A stretch of DNA of 64,000 bases from a virus, in the IMG/VR virus record IMGVR_UViG_3300031993_000066, positions 4,107 through 68,106 of that record. One strand, given 5' to 3'. Positions 1 through 10,529 of the stretch are shown here, piece after piece; the stretch's first letter is position 1; the number at the start of each line of letters is the position of its first letter. The position numbers were made by a program, and so were the translations under genes. The notes below the pieces were generated by a model that saw only the letters and a list, made by a program, of their open reading frames with translations, did no database searches and was not told the DNA's origin.

Positions 1-252
1 GTTCAGCAGCTCGACGATTCGGTTCGGTTCCTGCCAGTCGAACACGAAAGACACATCCTTCATGCTCGCGCCGGGGAACACGCCGTTCCACGACACGCCG
101 GTGAGCGCGGTTCCTCTCGGTATCTTCGCTTCGCCCAGCTTGATGATCTGGAAAGACAGGGGCAGCGCCCCTGTCTTCACGTTGATTCGGTCTGGCAAGA
201 GCGGGAAACGCAGGCATTCCCCACTCGACTTCGCCGTCAGGTAGATGTCCAT
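1..252 (-). CDS. XkdP-like tail tube initiator/baseplate protein, N-terminal part (runs off window)
   Basis: ATG at 252 with GGGAGG RBS; MDIYLTAKSSGECLRFPLLPDRINV...GEAKIPRG...SWNGVFPG; directly downstream of tape measure. Confidence 0.7.
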   Translation of the reverse strand, partial: MDIYLTAKSSGECLRFPLLPDRINVKTGALPLSFQIIKLGEAKIPRGTALTGVSWNGVFPGASMKDVSFVFDWQEPNRIVELLN

Positions 253-266
253 CCGTTTCCCTCCCC

Positions 267-3200
267 TTAGACCATGTTCGATACAATGTCTTCCAGTTGG
301 TCGGCAATCGCGCCGCCGAACAGCTCCGCGAGTTCTCTCTGCTTCTCTTTGAGCTTGTCCAGTATATCGTCTGCGCTGCTGCCGCCCTCGATCTGGAAGG
401 TCGGATTGGCTTCCACGGAAATCGTGAACGTGTTTCCGCCTCCGCCGGTGTTGCCTCCGCCTCCACCTACCGGGGCAGGTTTCGGGGTCGGCGTGTCATC
501 GTCCAAGAACGCCGCGTCCGGCAGACCTTCGAGCACGTTCCCGTAAGGCTCCATGATGCCGCCCTCTGCAAACTCCGCGACGCCCAGCATCTCGCCTGCC
601 TGCAACCACAGGTCGATGCCCCTGTTCCGGCGCTTCGACCCCAGCGGGATGATCGCTTCCGGGCCATCCTCAGCTACCCACGACAGGAATGCTCCGTCGA
701 AGATGCCGCCGTTCGCGCTCTTACCTGCGTTGTTGTAGGTGTTGTTATAGGTGTTATTGATGGTATTGTTCGTTACTGTCGTTGTTGCCGTCGTTCCATC
801 GAGATTCTGCAGTGCTGCTTTGAGCGAATCCACGCTTGTCTTCGCTCCACTCGCCTTGCCTGTCAACGCCATAAACGCCGTCTGAGCTGCGTCGAGCGAG
901 AACGAGGAGAGGTCTGCGTTTTTGAGCTGGTCAATCGCATCGCCGATCTCGTTCAGGCTTCCGATGTCCTGCCCGCCGATGGCTTCAAGCGCGGTATTGA
1001 TTGCTTCGAGCGTAGCCTTGCCATCTGCGGAGGCTGCGTAGGCTTGCTGCTCTTCTGCGCTCATGTTCCCGTACTGTACAGCCGTCTCACGTACCTGCTC
1101 CTGAACCTGCTGCATCACTTCCGCTTTCGCTGCGATGTCCGCGATGTCAACCGCCTGCGTTTTATCGCTTTCGTCGATGTAGTCGGTCTGCGCGTTCAGT
1201 TCATTCAGCGCCAGCACAGCATCATTGAACAGTTGCCTGCCCGCTTCGTCGAGCGTCGCGTAGCTCTGCGCCAGCTCTTCGAGGCTGTACCCGGCGAGGT
1301 CTGTACCGTTAAACATCTGCCCTTCCATGAGCGCCTTTTCATTTTGGTACAGCTTCACGAGGCTTTCGTTTTCGGTTGCAGCCTTCCCTTGCGCCGCTTC
1401 CTTTTCGCTGCGATACCACGCTTCGTTATCAATCCAGTTCTGCGCGTCGATTTTTCCGTTCGTCGTTTCGAGCCATCCGAATTGTGGCGCGGTTTCTGCC
1501 CCTGTGATCTCTTTATACTTGTCTTGCAGGCCCCAAATTCCCGGCTTATAGGTTTCCTGTTCCCACAGGTCGTAGGCATCGGAAGTAATCTCGCCTCTTC
1601 TTTCGCGAGCTTCCATGTTGTCGCGCTCTTGGTTGAGTTTCTGCCTGTCGAGTTCGAGGTCTCCGAGAGCTTTGACTATGTCTCCAAAGTGAGTTTCCCG
1701 CTCTTCCGCTGCTCTTGCCGCCGCTTCGTATTGGCTGCGAGCGGTCATCGCTTCATCCTTCCGGGAGCGCTCTTCTTCGACCTCGCCCTGCAGTTTAAGC
1801 AGGTCTACGTCTGCCTTTTTCTGCAAATAGGCTTTCGCTTCGTCCTCAGTCCATTTCCCGGTTTCAAGGTCTTCCGCCGTGAACGCGCCTCCGCTGAGTT
1901 CAGCCAGATGTTCGTACAGTTGTTTGAGCTGTTCGTTGTACGCTTCGAGGTCTGCCGTTTTCAGGCCCTCTGCCGAGAATTGGAAGTCCAGCACGACGTT
2001 CGTGTCGCTGATCTGCTGCATCAATCCGGCGATCTTTTCCAGCTCCGCAACTGTGAGGCCTGCGTCGTTGAGGTCTGCGTTGATCTCCGCCCGCTTGTCT
2101 TCAAGCCCGTCGTACTCTTCCTTGATGTTTCCGAGCTGTTCTTCCGTCAAGCTTTGCCCGCTCAGCATCAGCGTGATGGCGGCTTGCTGATCTTGGAGTT
2201 CCGAGTATTCCGCCGTCATCTCTGCGAGCTGTTGCTCTGTCAGTCCGCCCTTCGCCATCTCTATGTCGAGTTCTGCCTTGCGGTCTTGAATCTGCTGTAA
2301 GGTTGTTTTGTACTGCTCAACCTCTTCCGGGGTGAGAGACGAGCCTGCCAGCACGAGTTCGATCTCCGCTTCGCGGGACTGGATGCCCTCCAGCTCTTCC
2401 ATGTAGTTGTCGATGGTCTCATCGTCCAGTTCAGTGCTTGCCATGACGGTTCTGATCTCTGCCCTGAGCGTTCCGATGTCGGAAAGTTTCTGCTGGATAG
2501 ACTGGATTCCGAGCATCGTGAAGCCATACCCTTCCAGCTCTGTGATGATTTTGAGCCTGCCGGTCTTTGTCTTAACTTCCTTTTCGAGATCGCAGGCTTC
2601 CTTGAATTCTTCCGGGTCTACTCCGAGCTTCAGGAGCGCCTCAGTCAACGCGCCGTATGCCGTATCAACCTCTTCCTTGAGGCCTGTGAGCTGCGTGAAT
2701 TGATCTTCCGTCAATCCAGAACGCCTCAACGCTTCCGTGTATGCTCCACTTGCGGTATCGACTTCCGATTTCAGTCCGGTCAATTCCTTGAACTGGTCTT
2801 CCGTCAGGCCGACGCGCCGCAGTGCTTCCTTGAACTCTCCGCTTTCGGTTCCTACTTCTTCGCCGAGCGCAACCAGATCCTTGAACTGGTCTTCCGTAAG
2901 GCCCGTGCGTTTCAATGCTTCCGTAAATGCTCCGCTTGCCGAGCTTACCTCTTCCGCGAGTTCGGTGATTTCGAGGAAATCGTCGTAGCTCAGGCCAAAC
3001 TTCGCCAGTGTCTCCATCAACACGCCGGTCTTCGTATCCACGGCTGCTGCGAGGTCGGTGATGAGCTGCACGTCTTCTTCATTGTCGATTCCGAATTTCA
3101 GCAGCGTCGCAGAGATTACGAGTTTCGGGTCTTCCAGCGCGGACAGTTCTTCAAACAGCCCTCGGATTTTGTTCGCGTCGGCGGTCAGCGCGTCGAGCTT

Positions 3201-5765
3201 GCCCTGAATCTCTGCCCGCGTCTCTTCCGTCGCGCCTGCCAAATCCGCTTTGAGCTGCTGAATTGTGTTCGCGTTCGCCTGCTGTGGATTGGAAATCTTG
3301 ATCTTGACTTCCTTGATCTCTTCGATGGTGCTCATCGCGTCGTTCACAGCTCTGGCACTCTCTCTGTATTGCTGCGCTGCCTTTTCGCCTGCGTCCGCGA
3401 AGTGGAGCAGTTCCTGTTCTTGCTGCTGTTGTGCTCTGTTGTAAGCGATCACGCCGATGGTAACCGCTGCCAATGCTGCCGCTGCAACCCAGCCCCATAC
3501 CGGGATGGCTGCGATAGCTGCTTTCAACCCTCCGAGCATCGACGCGGCGCTTCCTGCGCTTCCTGCCGCCGACGCAGCCGAAGCGCCTACTGCTCCGAGG
3601 CTGGACGTCGCCGCCGGTGCCGCCTTTGCCACTCCGCTAAAGGCGATCTTTACCATGCTGATGTCCTTCGCAAGGCTCAGGGCCGTGCCGCCTGCGCTGA
3701 TTCCGAGGTAGCCGAGCAGCCCGGTTTTCAGGAATCCGGGCATCTCCCCAAAAAGCCCTTTCAGGTCGAATGCCTCCATGAACGCGGTGACAAATTCCTT
3801 CGCGGCCTCCGCGCCTGCTTTCGCAATGCCGGTGATGTTCAGGCCATCGAAGTCGATGTCTTCGCCTTTCAGCGCCGCAAAGATGCCGGTGATGATTCCG
3901 TGGTACAGCTCTCCGAGGCTCTTTCCCATCTTTCCGACGGCGTTGAGGATGGCCTGCTGCCCGCCTCCGTCCCACCATTTCTGGAAGGGTTCGGCGATGA
4001 TCTTGTCCCATGCAACGAAAAACTTACCGGCGAATCCTTCCGCGTTTTGGAAGTCCGAGCTATCGAATACTCCGCTGATGAACTTTTTAAGTTGCTTCGC
4101 CTTTTCGAGGCCGGTTTTCAGCATCCCTTCGAGCTTCGCGGTGACTTCCGGGATTTTGGCAGTAACCCACTGGACGGCGCTCCGCAGGTACGGGTTCAGC
4201 TCTTTCATCAGGCTGATCTTCATGCCGTCCACCGCGCTCTGCAGTAGCGTCAGGTCGCCTTCAAGGTTGTCGAGCTGGATTTCCGCCATTTCCTGTGCTG
4301 CGCCTTTGGAGTTGTAGATGGATTCGCTCAGTTCGTCGAACTTGTCGATGCCCTGATCGAGCACGGCCAGCCACGCCGTGGATGCGTTCTTCCCGAACAG
4401 GTCATCCGCCAGCGCGAGCCGTTCCTGATTGCCGAGCTTCCCGAATGCGACGGTGAGTTCGGACATGATCGTCCGCATGTCCTTCATGTTGCCCTTGCCG
4501 TCATCGAAGGAAATGCCGAGTTTCTGCATGGCCTTCGCTGCCTCCGCCGTCGGGCTTGCCATGCGGAGCAGGGCAGTCCTCAGCGCGGTGCCTGCGCTGC
4601 TGCCCTTGACGCCTGCGTTCGCCATCATGCCGGTCAGCGTGGCGACGTCTTCAATCTGCATCCCGAATGCTTTCGCTGCCGGGGCCGCATATTTCAGCGT
4701 CTCGCCCATCATGCTGATGGTGGTGTTCGTGCTGGTAGCGGTTCGTGCGAACACGTCCGCTGCGCGGGTCGCCTCTGACGCGCTCATGCCCATCGCCGTC
4801 ATCACGTCCGAGACGATGTCCGCCGACGTTCCGAGGTCGGTGTTGCCCGCCGCCGCGAGCTGCAACAGGCCGGGCATGGCCTCGATGATCTCATTGGTCT
4901 CCCAGCCGGCCATTGCGAGGTACTGCATTCCCTCCGACGCCTGCGTTGCGGTGAACTTCGTCGTAGCGCCAAGCTCTTCCGCTGTCGCGGTCAGGCGCTG
5001 GAATTCCTCTTCCGTCGCGCCGGACAGCGCCTTGACATTGCTCATCCCTGCGCTGAATTCCTTGAACGTGCTGATGAAGCTGCCTGCGCCGAGACTGATT
5101 CCCGCCATCGACAGCGTCATCACAATCGGGCTGGTAATCAAGTCCTTTATCTTTCGGAATGGGGCCGTCACCATGTCCGTCATCTTCACCGCGACGCGCC
5201 ATGCCTTTTGCGTCAGCCCCTTCACGGTATTTGCGATGTTACGCAGAGCGGGAGAAGCCTTGTCCAGTGCCTCCATGATGAGCTGCAGCTTTTCCTTGAA
5301 AGCCTGCCGCAAGGTTCTCTCGCTCTTCTCGACCCTCTGCGTGAATTGGTCTACGTTGTTGGATGCCTGCGTGAACGCGCTGCCGGATTCATGTCCGGCC
5401 TGCTGCGCCGCGTCTCCAACATCCTCGTATGCGTCCGCCGCCTCGCCGACGGAATCTTCGAGCTCTTCCGCTGCCTGTCCCGCTTCCTGCGCTGCCGCTT
5501 CGCCCTCCGAACCGGCTGTATTGGCTGCGTTTCCCACGTCCGTGAAAGCCTGCGCCGCCCTGTCTGCGGCAGTGTCTATCTGCCCGATGGCCGACGCCGC
5601 CCTGCCAGCTCCGCTTGCCGCTTGATCGAACACGCCCTGCGCCGCAGCTCGGTCTTTCTGGAACGCGCTGTAGATTTTATTCAGCATGCTTTCAAGCTGC
5701 TGCAATTCTCCCATATTGGCGTTGCTCGTAACATCAATCGGGATTTCAATGCGGAAATCCGACAC
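267..5765 (-). CDS. Tail tape measure protein
   Basis: 1832 aa, Ala/Glu-rich helical; TP901-type core (LGATTKFTATQASEGMQYLAMAGW...GTALR); C-terminal ANGG...VAEDGPEAIIPL. Confidence 0.95.
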   Translation of the reverse strand: MSDFRIEIPIDVTSNANMGELQQLESMLNKIYSAFQKDRAAAQGVFDQAASGAGRAASAIGQIDTAADRAAQAFTDVGNAANTAGSEGEAAAQEAGQAAEELEDSVGEAADAYEDVGDAAQQAGHESGSAFTQASNNVDQFTQRVEKSERTLRQAFKEKLQLIMEALDKASPALRNIANTVKGLTQKAWRVAVKMTDMVTAPFRKIKDLITSPIVMTLSMAGISLGAGSFISTFKEFSAGMSNVKALSGATEEEFQRLTATAEELGATTKFTATQASEGMQYLAMAGWETNEIIEAMPGLLQLAAAGNTDLGTSADIVSDVMTAMGMSASEATRAADVFARTATSTNTTISMMGETLKYAAPAAKAFGMQIEDVATLTGMMANAGVKGSSAGTALRTALLRMASPTAEAAKAMQKLGISFDDGKGNMKDMRTIMSELTVAFGKLGNQERLALADDLFGKNASTAWLAVLDQGIDKFDELSESIYNSKGAAQEMAEIQLDNLEGDLTLLQSAVDGMKISLMKELNPYLRSAVQWVTAKIPEVTAKLEGMLKTGLEKAKQLKKFISGVFDSSDFQNAEGFAGKFFVAWDKIIAEPFQKWWDGGGQQAILNAVGKMGKSLGELYHGIITGIFAALKGEDIDFDGLNITGIAKAGAEAAKEFVTAFMEAFDLKGLFGEMPGFLKTGLLGYLGISAGGTALSLAKDISMVKIAFSGVAKAAPAATSSLGAVGASAASAAGSAGSAASMLGGLKAAIAAIPVWGWVAAAALAAVTIGVIAYNRAQQQQEQELLHFADAGEKAAQQYRESARAVNDAMSTIEEIKEVKIKISNPQQANANTIQQLKADLAGATEETRAEIQGKLDALTADANKIRGLFEELSALEDPKLVISATLLKFGIDNEEDVQLITDLAAAVDTKTGVLMETLAKFGLSYDDFLEITELAEEVSSASGAFTEALKRTGLTEDQFKDLVALGEEVGTESGEFKEALRRVGLTEDQFKELTGLKSEVDTASGAYTEALRRSGLTEDQFTQLTGLKEEVDTAYGALTEALLKLGVDPEEFKEACDLEKEVKTKTGRLKIITELEGYGFTMLGIQSIQQKLSDIGTLRAEIRTVMASTELDDETIDNYMEELEGIQSREAEIELVLAGSSLTPEEVEQYKTTLQQIQDRKAELDIEMAKGGLTEQQLAEMTAEYSELQDQQAAITLMLSGQSLTEEQLGNIKEEYDGLEDKRAEINADLNDAGLTVAELEKIAGLMQQISDTNVVLDFQFSAEGLKTADLEAYNEQLKQLYEHLAELSGGAFTAEDLETGKWTEDEAKAYLQKKADVDLLKLQGEVEEERSRKDEAMTARSQYEAAARAAEERETHFGDIVKALGDLELDRQKLNQERDNMEARERRGEITSDAYDLWEQETYKPGIWGLQDKYKEITGAETAPQFGWLETTNGKIDAQNWIDNEAWYRSEKEAAQGKAATENESLVKLYQNEKALMEGQMFNGTDLAGYSLEELAQSYATLDEAGRQLFNDAVLALNELNAQTDYIDESDKTQAVDIADIAAKAEVMQQVQEQVRETAVQYGNMSAEEQQAYAASADGKATLEAINTALEAIGGQDIGSLNEIGDAIDQLKNADLSSFSLDAAQTAFMALTGKASGAKTSVDSLKAALQNLDGTTATTTVTNNTINNTYNNTYNNAGKSANGGIFDGAFLSWVAEDGPEAIIPLGSKRRNRGIDLWLQAGEMLGVAEFAEGGIMEPYGNVLEGLPDAAFLDDDTPTPKPAPVGGGGGNTGGGGNTFTISVEANPTFQIEGGSSADDILDKLKEKQRELAELFGGAIADQLEDIVSNMV

Positions 5766-5768
5766 GCT

Positions 5769-5980
5769 TTATCGCCTCCTTGAACGCTGCGCCGCCTGCG
5801 CTGCTCTTTGTCTCTCGCGGGCAGCGGCAATCTGCTCCGCCTCCGCTTCTATCTGGACTTCCATTGATTTCAGCAGAAACGTGCGGATGAAGCGCGGCTT
5901 ACCCATCACTTCGTCCGGGGGCATCCCCGTTTTCTGGAAGATGTAATGGAGCAGCCGCGCTTTCCCGCCAGCGAGTATCA
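5769..5980 (-). CDS. Tail assembly chaperone C-terminal extension (-1 frameshift product)
   Basis: Open -1 frame LILAGGKARLLHYIFQKTGMPPDEV...RSRRR* entered via slippery A AAA AAC at 5981-5987. Confidence 0.8.
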
Positions 5981-6487
5981 GTTTTTTACGGTCTCTTCGT
6001 AATCGTCATCGTCATCGTAGCCGCTCAGCCGCTCGATGCGCTCCACGATGGCCTGCTTCTTCCCGGCGTAGGGAATCAGCTTGTCCACCATGTCGGTGCC
6101 CGTCACGGCGTTCACCGCCGCCCACAGGCGCTTGTTGTCCCACAGCTTCGCCTTGTCTTCGTCCACCGTCGCGGTGTAGATCAGGTCGCTGTGGTAGCCG
6201 GTGGTGTTCGTGCTCTCAGGGAGCCTCATGCCGCCCAGCCTGCGATTCTTGCTGTACTTCGTGTTCCGCTCCCTGCACTTGTCCCATTCCTTCTCGCTCA
6301 GGGGCCGCACCCGGAAGTTGAACGTGGTTTTGCCGAACAGCACCGTGATGGTCTCCACCCTGTCATCGTGCTGCCGCTGGTCGGTGAGTGCTTTCAGGAT
6401 TTCGTCTTCGTTGAACAGCAGTTCTTCCTTGATTTCCTGCTCCGTGACCGGGGTGCCATCCTCATGAAATTCCGTGTTCTTAGCCAT
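5978..6487 (-). CDS. Tail assembly chaperone (XkdN-like)
   Basis: Between tube and tape measure; ends LSGY...ETVKN with slippery site. Confidence 0.85.
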   Translation of the reverse strand: MAKNTEFHEDGTPVTEQEIKEELLFNEDEILKALTDQRQHDDRVETITVLFGKTTFNFRVRPLSEKEWDKCRERNTKYSKNRRLGGMRLPESTNTTGYHSDLIYTATVDEDKAKLWDNKRLWAAVNAVTGTDMVDKLIPYAGKKQAIVERIERLSGYDDDDDYEETVKN

Positions 6488-6606
6488 CCTCTTGTACCAT
6501 CCTTTCAGAATTGTGTGTTAAACGCGATTAAACGCCCACAGGACGGCTTTGGCTCCGTCCCGTGGGTGTTTGCTTTGGTGAAGCCCGAACCGGCTCAGAG
6601 GCCGAA

Positions 6607-7074
6607 TCAGGTGTTCCTCAGCAGGGCCTGCAGCTCCGGCGGCTTGTTGACGATGAAGCTCCACGGCCTCTTGTACAGCTCGCCGACCTGCATGTTCTGG
6701 ATGTCGATGTTCCCGTCCGGCACGCAGTCGCGGTACACGACCTGCTCTTCGCTGCCGTCGTAGGGGCTGCGCATCATGCCGCGGAACGTCCACACGGGCA
6801 TCCTGTGCTGGCTCAGGCCCTCCATGAACTCCTGGAAGAACTTGCTGTCTTCCACGATGATCTCGCTGAACGTCAGCGTCACGCGGTAGCTGGTCATCGC
6901 GCCGTGTTCCTGCGCGTCGCCCAGCGGCTGGAACGTCGCGTTGGTGATGGCGACCTGAGACTGGAAATTCTCCGTCGAGACGAGCATGGTGCCGTCTTCG
7001 CTGTACAGAGCGCCGTCTTTGCCCGACATAACCTTGCGGATGTCGGAGACCGGGGAAGTGTTAAGTACGCTCAT
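6607..7074 (-). CDS. Tail tube protein (XkdM-like)
   Basis: 155 aa after sheath; MSGKDGALY...DCVPDGNIDI. Confidence 0.85.
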   Translation of the reverse strand: MSVLNTSPVSDIRKVMSGKDGALYSEDGTMLVSTENFQSQVAITNATFQPLGDAQEHGAMTSYRVTLTFSEIIVEDSKFFQEFMEGLSQHRMPVWTFRGMMRSPYDGSEEQVVYRDCVPDGNIDIQNMQVGELYKRPWSFIVNKPPELQALLRNT

Positions 7075-7095
7075 TGGTCTTTACTCCTTTCTGCC

Positions 7096-8523
7096 TTAGT
7101 CCTCCGAGAAGTGGAAGCGGTACACGAGGTACACCTTCTCGATGCTGTCGAGGTCGAGGATGTTCAGGATGAACCACGCGCTATCGCCCTTCGCCGGGTT
7201 GCTCGTGTCCTCAACACAGGAGCCGCTCTGCAGCTTGCCCTCCGCGATCATCGCGTTGATGACGCCGTTGGCGATGGCGATGAAGGTCGCCCGACCATTC
7301 GCGTCATTGTTGACGGCGCCGATGATGTTCTCCGCGCTGCTGTTGATGCGGGTGATCAGCTCGAAGCGGGTCTTCGTCCGCCTGATCTTCTTCCAGCCGG
7401 CATCCTGATTCGTGCTCAGGGTGACGAGGGTGTTGATGCCCTGCTCCACCCATACCGCGCCGGAGCTGGCGACGGTAAACACGATGCAGCCGCTCTGCAG
7501 CGCGTTCACGACCTGCGTGTTGGTCAGCGGGCCGACAACCTCCGTCGCGCCGGGCATGACCTTGTGGGTCACGCTGTCGTTGCAGGGCAGGTACGCGATG
7601 TAGCCCGCCAGCACCGCCGCCGCGTTGAAGCCCTCGTACACGTCATCGCCGACCTTGAAGCCGTTCAGGCAGTACACGACGTTCTCGCTGTTCATGCCCG
7701 CCGCCGCCGCTTTCCGGGTATCGAAGGACACGGAGGTGAGCTGTCCGATGACCGCGATACCCATCAGGCCCGCGTCATTGGCGCGGCTGATAAAGGCTTT
7801 CAGCAGCGCGTGGATGGCGACGTCATTCGTGTCGATGCAGATGGTGTTCCACGTGGAGGCTTCCAGCACCACGAAAGCCGCATCGTAGTCGGTGCTGGTG
7901 ATCGTGGGGGAAACGCCCGCCGTGGTGAAGGTGGCCTGCGCCACCGCAGCCATCAGGCCGTTGCCAGTCGCAACCTTCGTCGCGGTGACTACCGCTGCTT
8001 CGCTGCTGTTGATGGCCGCGACCAGCGCATCGACCTCGCCCGCGCTGCCCTTCGCAAACGTCACCTTGCACAGCTCCGTGGTGCCGCTGTAGATGATGCA
8101 TTCGCGCTCCGTGCTCACGCTCAGGCTGTCCTTGATGGTGACGCTCAGGTCGCGGGTTCCGGCGTACTTCGCCGTCAGCGTCACGACGTTGGCGGGGGTG
8201 CTGGCGGTGTCCTGCAGCGTGATCGCCGCTTTGGTGCCGCCGGTGCCGACGCGCACGGCCTTGATCTGGGATGCGCCGCCGAGGAAAATCTTGTTCAGGA
8301 TGGCGACGTTGCTGTTGCTGCCGGAATCGTCGCCGAACGCCGCCGGGATGTCAGCCGGGGAATCCAGCGTCACGATCTCGCCCAGCGGACCCCAGTTCGC
8401 CTGAAACGCCACAGCGACAATGCCGTTGGACGCGCCAGAGATGTCCACTCCGCCGCCGTTTTCCTGCCGGAAATAGATGCCCGGACGGACTTTGGTTTCG
8501 CCTGCGGTGAATCTTCCGCTCAT
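7096..8523 (-). CDS. Tail sheath protein
   Basis: GETKVRPGIY, ANWGP, VEQGINTL, WKKIRR, DSIEKVY motifs of XkdK-type sheaths. Confidence 0.93.
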   Translation of the reverse strand: MSGRFTAGETKVRPGIYFRQENGGGVDISGASNGIVAVAFQANWGPLGEIVTLDSPADIPAAFGDDSGSNSNVAILNKIFLGGASQIKAVRVGTGGTKAAITLQDTASTPANVVTLTAKYAGTRDLSVTIKDSLSVSTERECIIYSGTTELCKVTFAKGSAGEVDALVAAINSSEAAVVTATKVATGNGLMAAVAQATFTTAGVSPTITSTDYDAAFVVLEASTWNTICIDTNDVAIHALLKAFISRANDAGLMGIAVIGQLTSVSFDTRKAAAAGMNSENVVYCLNGFKVGDDVYEGFNAAAVLAGYIAYLPCNDSVTHKVMPGATEVVGPLTNTQVVNALQSGCIVFTVASSGAVWVEQGINTLVTLSTNQDAGWKKIRRTKTRFELITRINSSAENIIGAVNNDANGRATFIAIANGVINAMIAEGKLQSGSCVEDTSNPAKGDSAWFILNILDLDSIEKVYLVYRFHFSED

Positions 8524-8524
8524 G

Positions 8525-8734
8525 TTAGTTTACCTTCCTTTCCGCAAATTCCTTGATGATCTTCTTCGCTACCGCGAGGGTGCAACGCTTGATACCGTTG
8601 TACTCAAACGCCGCCGTAGCGATGTCCACGCTGTAGCCGAACAGGGCCGGAGCGTTCGCAGCGATTTCCGCCACGTCGTATTCCTCTTCCTGCACGACAG
8701 GGGCCTCGACTTTCTTCTCAGCCATCGTTTTCAC
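8525..8734 (-). CDS. Small hypothetical protein preceding sheath
   Basis: Packed ORF in tail operon. Confidence 0.65.
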   Translation of the reverse strand: MKTMAEKKVEAPVVQEEEYDVAEIAANAPALFGYSVDIATAAFEYNGIKRCTLAVAKKIIKEFAERKVN

Positions 8735-8740
8735 TCCCTT

Positions 8741-9751
8741 CTAATCCTCGCCACCCGGTTTCTTGTCTTCGCCGGGTGTCGGGTACTCATACTTGTACCC
8801 CTGACTGGTGCCTCCGCCCACGTCCGCCTCGATCTCTGCCTCGAAAACCTCTCTCGGAGGGTTGACAGGGTATGCCTTGTTCAGCACGTCGCCCGTCCAC
8901 TTGTTCCTGAGGTGCGATTCCGGCTGCAGCAGCCCGAAATATCCCGTGGCCTTGATCTGGCCCGTGGTGATGTAGTTCATGTGCGGCTGGACGGTGAAGG
9001 TTTTCAGGAACAGCGGCGATGTGTCTTCCAGCGTGATATGTCCTATCAGCGCGTGGGCCGTGTTGAGCTGGACGAGGTTGTAAAGCCTGTCCGCCGCGTT
9101 CCTGCAATACACATGGCACTCCACGGCAATGTTCATCCATGTGTAGGCGAAGTGCTGCCGTTCCTTTCCCTGCGCTGTCAGCCGCCAGTAGATCGCGGGC
9201 TTTTTCCTTGTCGGTACGAGCCATCCGTCTATGGTGTCTTCGCCTATGACAACCGCGTTCGGCAGCACTTCCTTCGTCCATGCGTTGAGGCCCTTGATCG
9301 GGTCGGGGTACATCGTGTACTGGCATGGACACGCCGTTACGTCGAACAGGACGGTTACGCCGACTGTGCGTACCGTTTCTTCCTGTTGCTTCTTTATCTC
9401 GAATGCGTCCGATCTCACCCACGCGAAGCAGTATGCGAAATCGTCCGCCTGTGCAAAGGTGGCATGGAGGAGTTCGCGCAGTCTGGCCTCGATGTCTTCC
9501 GGCTCTGCGCCAACCTGTGTATCGCACCAAACATTGACCGTCAGCACTCCGCTCGTATTCCTCGCCGGATTCTCCACCATGTCAAGCGTGTAATCGATAC
9601 GCGGGTACTGGATTTCACTCTGCCACCTCGCGTTCTCTGCCGACGCTGGGCGCTGGTAAAAGACTGCCGCTCCGCCGTTGTACGTCGCCGTCAAGGCTAT
9701 CAGCCTTTCATCGTTTCGCAGGCGGCGATATATCATCTGGTACAGTTCCAT
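8741..9751 (-). CDS. Putative tail terminator/neck protein
   Basis: 336 aa; position between neck genes and sheath. Confidence 0.55.
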   Translation of the reverse strand: MELYQMIYRRLRNDERLIALTATYNGGAAVFYQRPASAENARWQSEIQYPRIDYTLDMVENPARNTSGVLTVNVWCDTQVGAEPEDIEARLRELLHATFAQADDFAYCFAWVRSDAFEIKKQQEETVRTVGVTVLFDVTACPCQYTMYPDPIKGLNAWTKEVLPNAVVIGEDTIDGWLVPTRKKPAIYWRLTAQGKERQHFAYTWMNIAVECHVYCRNAADRLYNLVQLNTAHALIGHITLEDTSPLFLKTFTVQPHMNYITTGQIKATGYFGLLQPESHLRNKWTGDVLNKAYPVNPPREVFEAEIEADVGGGTSQGYKYEYPTPGEDKKPGGED

Positions 9752-9766
9752 GCGCTTTCCTCCGTG

Positions 9767-10165
9767 TTAGATACTGATGTGCCACGGCTCTTGGTAGATG
9801 GCTTCGATCTCTGCCTGCGCTGCGTCGATGATCGGCTGTCGGAACGGTCTCGCTGCCATCTTGCTTGTGCCCTCTTCGAGGTAGTTCGCATAGAAAGCAT
9901 TGGACATGATTCCGGGCAGGTGCGCGTCGTTCGTCAGCGGTGTGAAGCTGGTATCCCTCAGGTGCCCGCTCCAATTCGCCGGTGGTGCACCGGGTGCGGA
10001 TGCCTGATGGCTTCCGTACCGCCTGCCGCCGCCCTGCCCGCGCAGGACTTCGTTCTTCGCGTTCAGCAGCGCGTTCGCTGCCCTCACAGCTCTGCTCGGC
10101 AGCTCCGCCTCTACCTGCGCCTGTACCTTTGCGGGTATGCCGGTGATGTCAATTTTGAAGCCCAT
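9767..10165 (-). CDS. HK97 gp10-like neck protein
   Basis: ASAPGAPPA...YLEEGTSKMAARPF motif. Confidence 0.8.
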   Translation of the reverse strand: MGFKIDITGIPAKVQAQVEAELPSRAVRAANALLNAKNEVLRGQGGGRRYGSHQASAPGAPPANWSGHLRDTSFTPLTNDAHLPGIMSNAFYANYLEEGTSKMAARPFRQPIIDAAQAEIEAIYQEPWHISI

Positions 10166-10529
10166 TGACGTCGCCTCTTTCCTCGCAGTAGTACGTCGTG
10201 AACACGCTCATCTCTCCGTGGTCTTGCACTGCCTGTACTCGGAAGAATCGGGTTTCCTCTTCGCCTTTCAGCAGTGCGAATATGTCGTTTTCCTTCGCTG
10301 CCGGCATCCCTGTGTGGAAGATGGTGTGTGTGACCGTCACTCCCATCTGCCCGTACCGCTGCTGTTCTTCCGGCTTCGCCACCGACAGGATGCAGCGCCG
10401 CTCTCCGATCTTCTCCGGGGTTCCGATTCGTTCACGGCCTCTGTCACTCGTGGAGGTCTCCGCCCTGTAGATGTTGAACAGCTTTGGAAAGGCTTCCGGC
10501 CTCTTCATCCCGATTGCGCCGTAACGCAT
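10149..10529 (-). CDS. Head closure/head-tail adaptor protein
   Basis: Likely start MRYGAIG at 10529; VTHTI, YYCEER; position. Confidence 0.65.
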   Translation of the reverse strand: MRYGAIGMKRPEAFPKLFNIYRAETSTSDRGRERIGTPEKIGERRCILSVAKPEEQQRYGQMGVTVTHTIFHTGMPAAKENDIFALLKGEEETRFFRVQAVQDHGEMSVFTTYYCEERGDVNGLQN

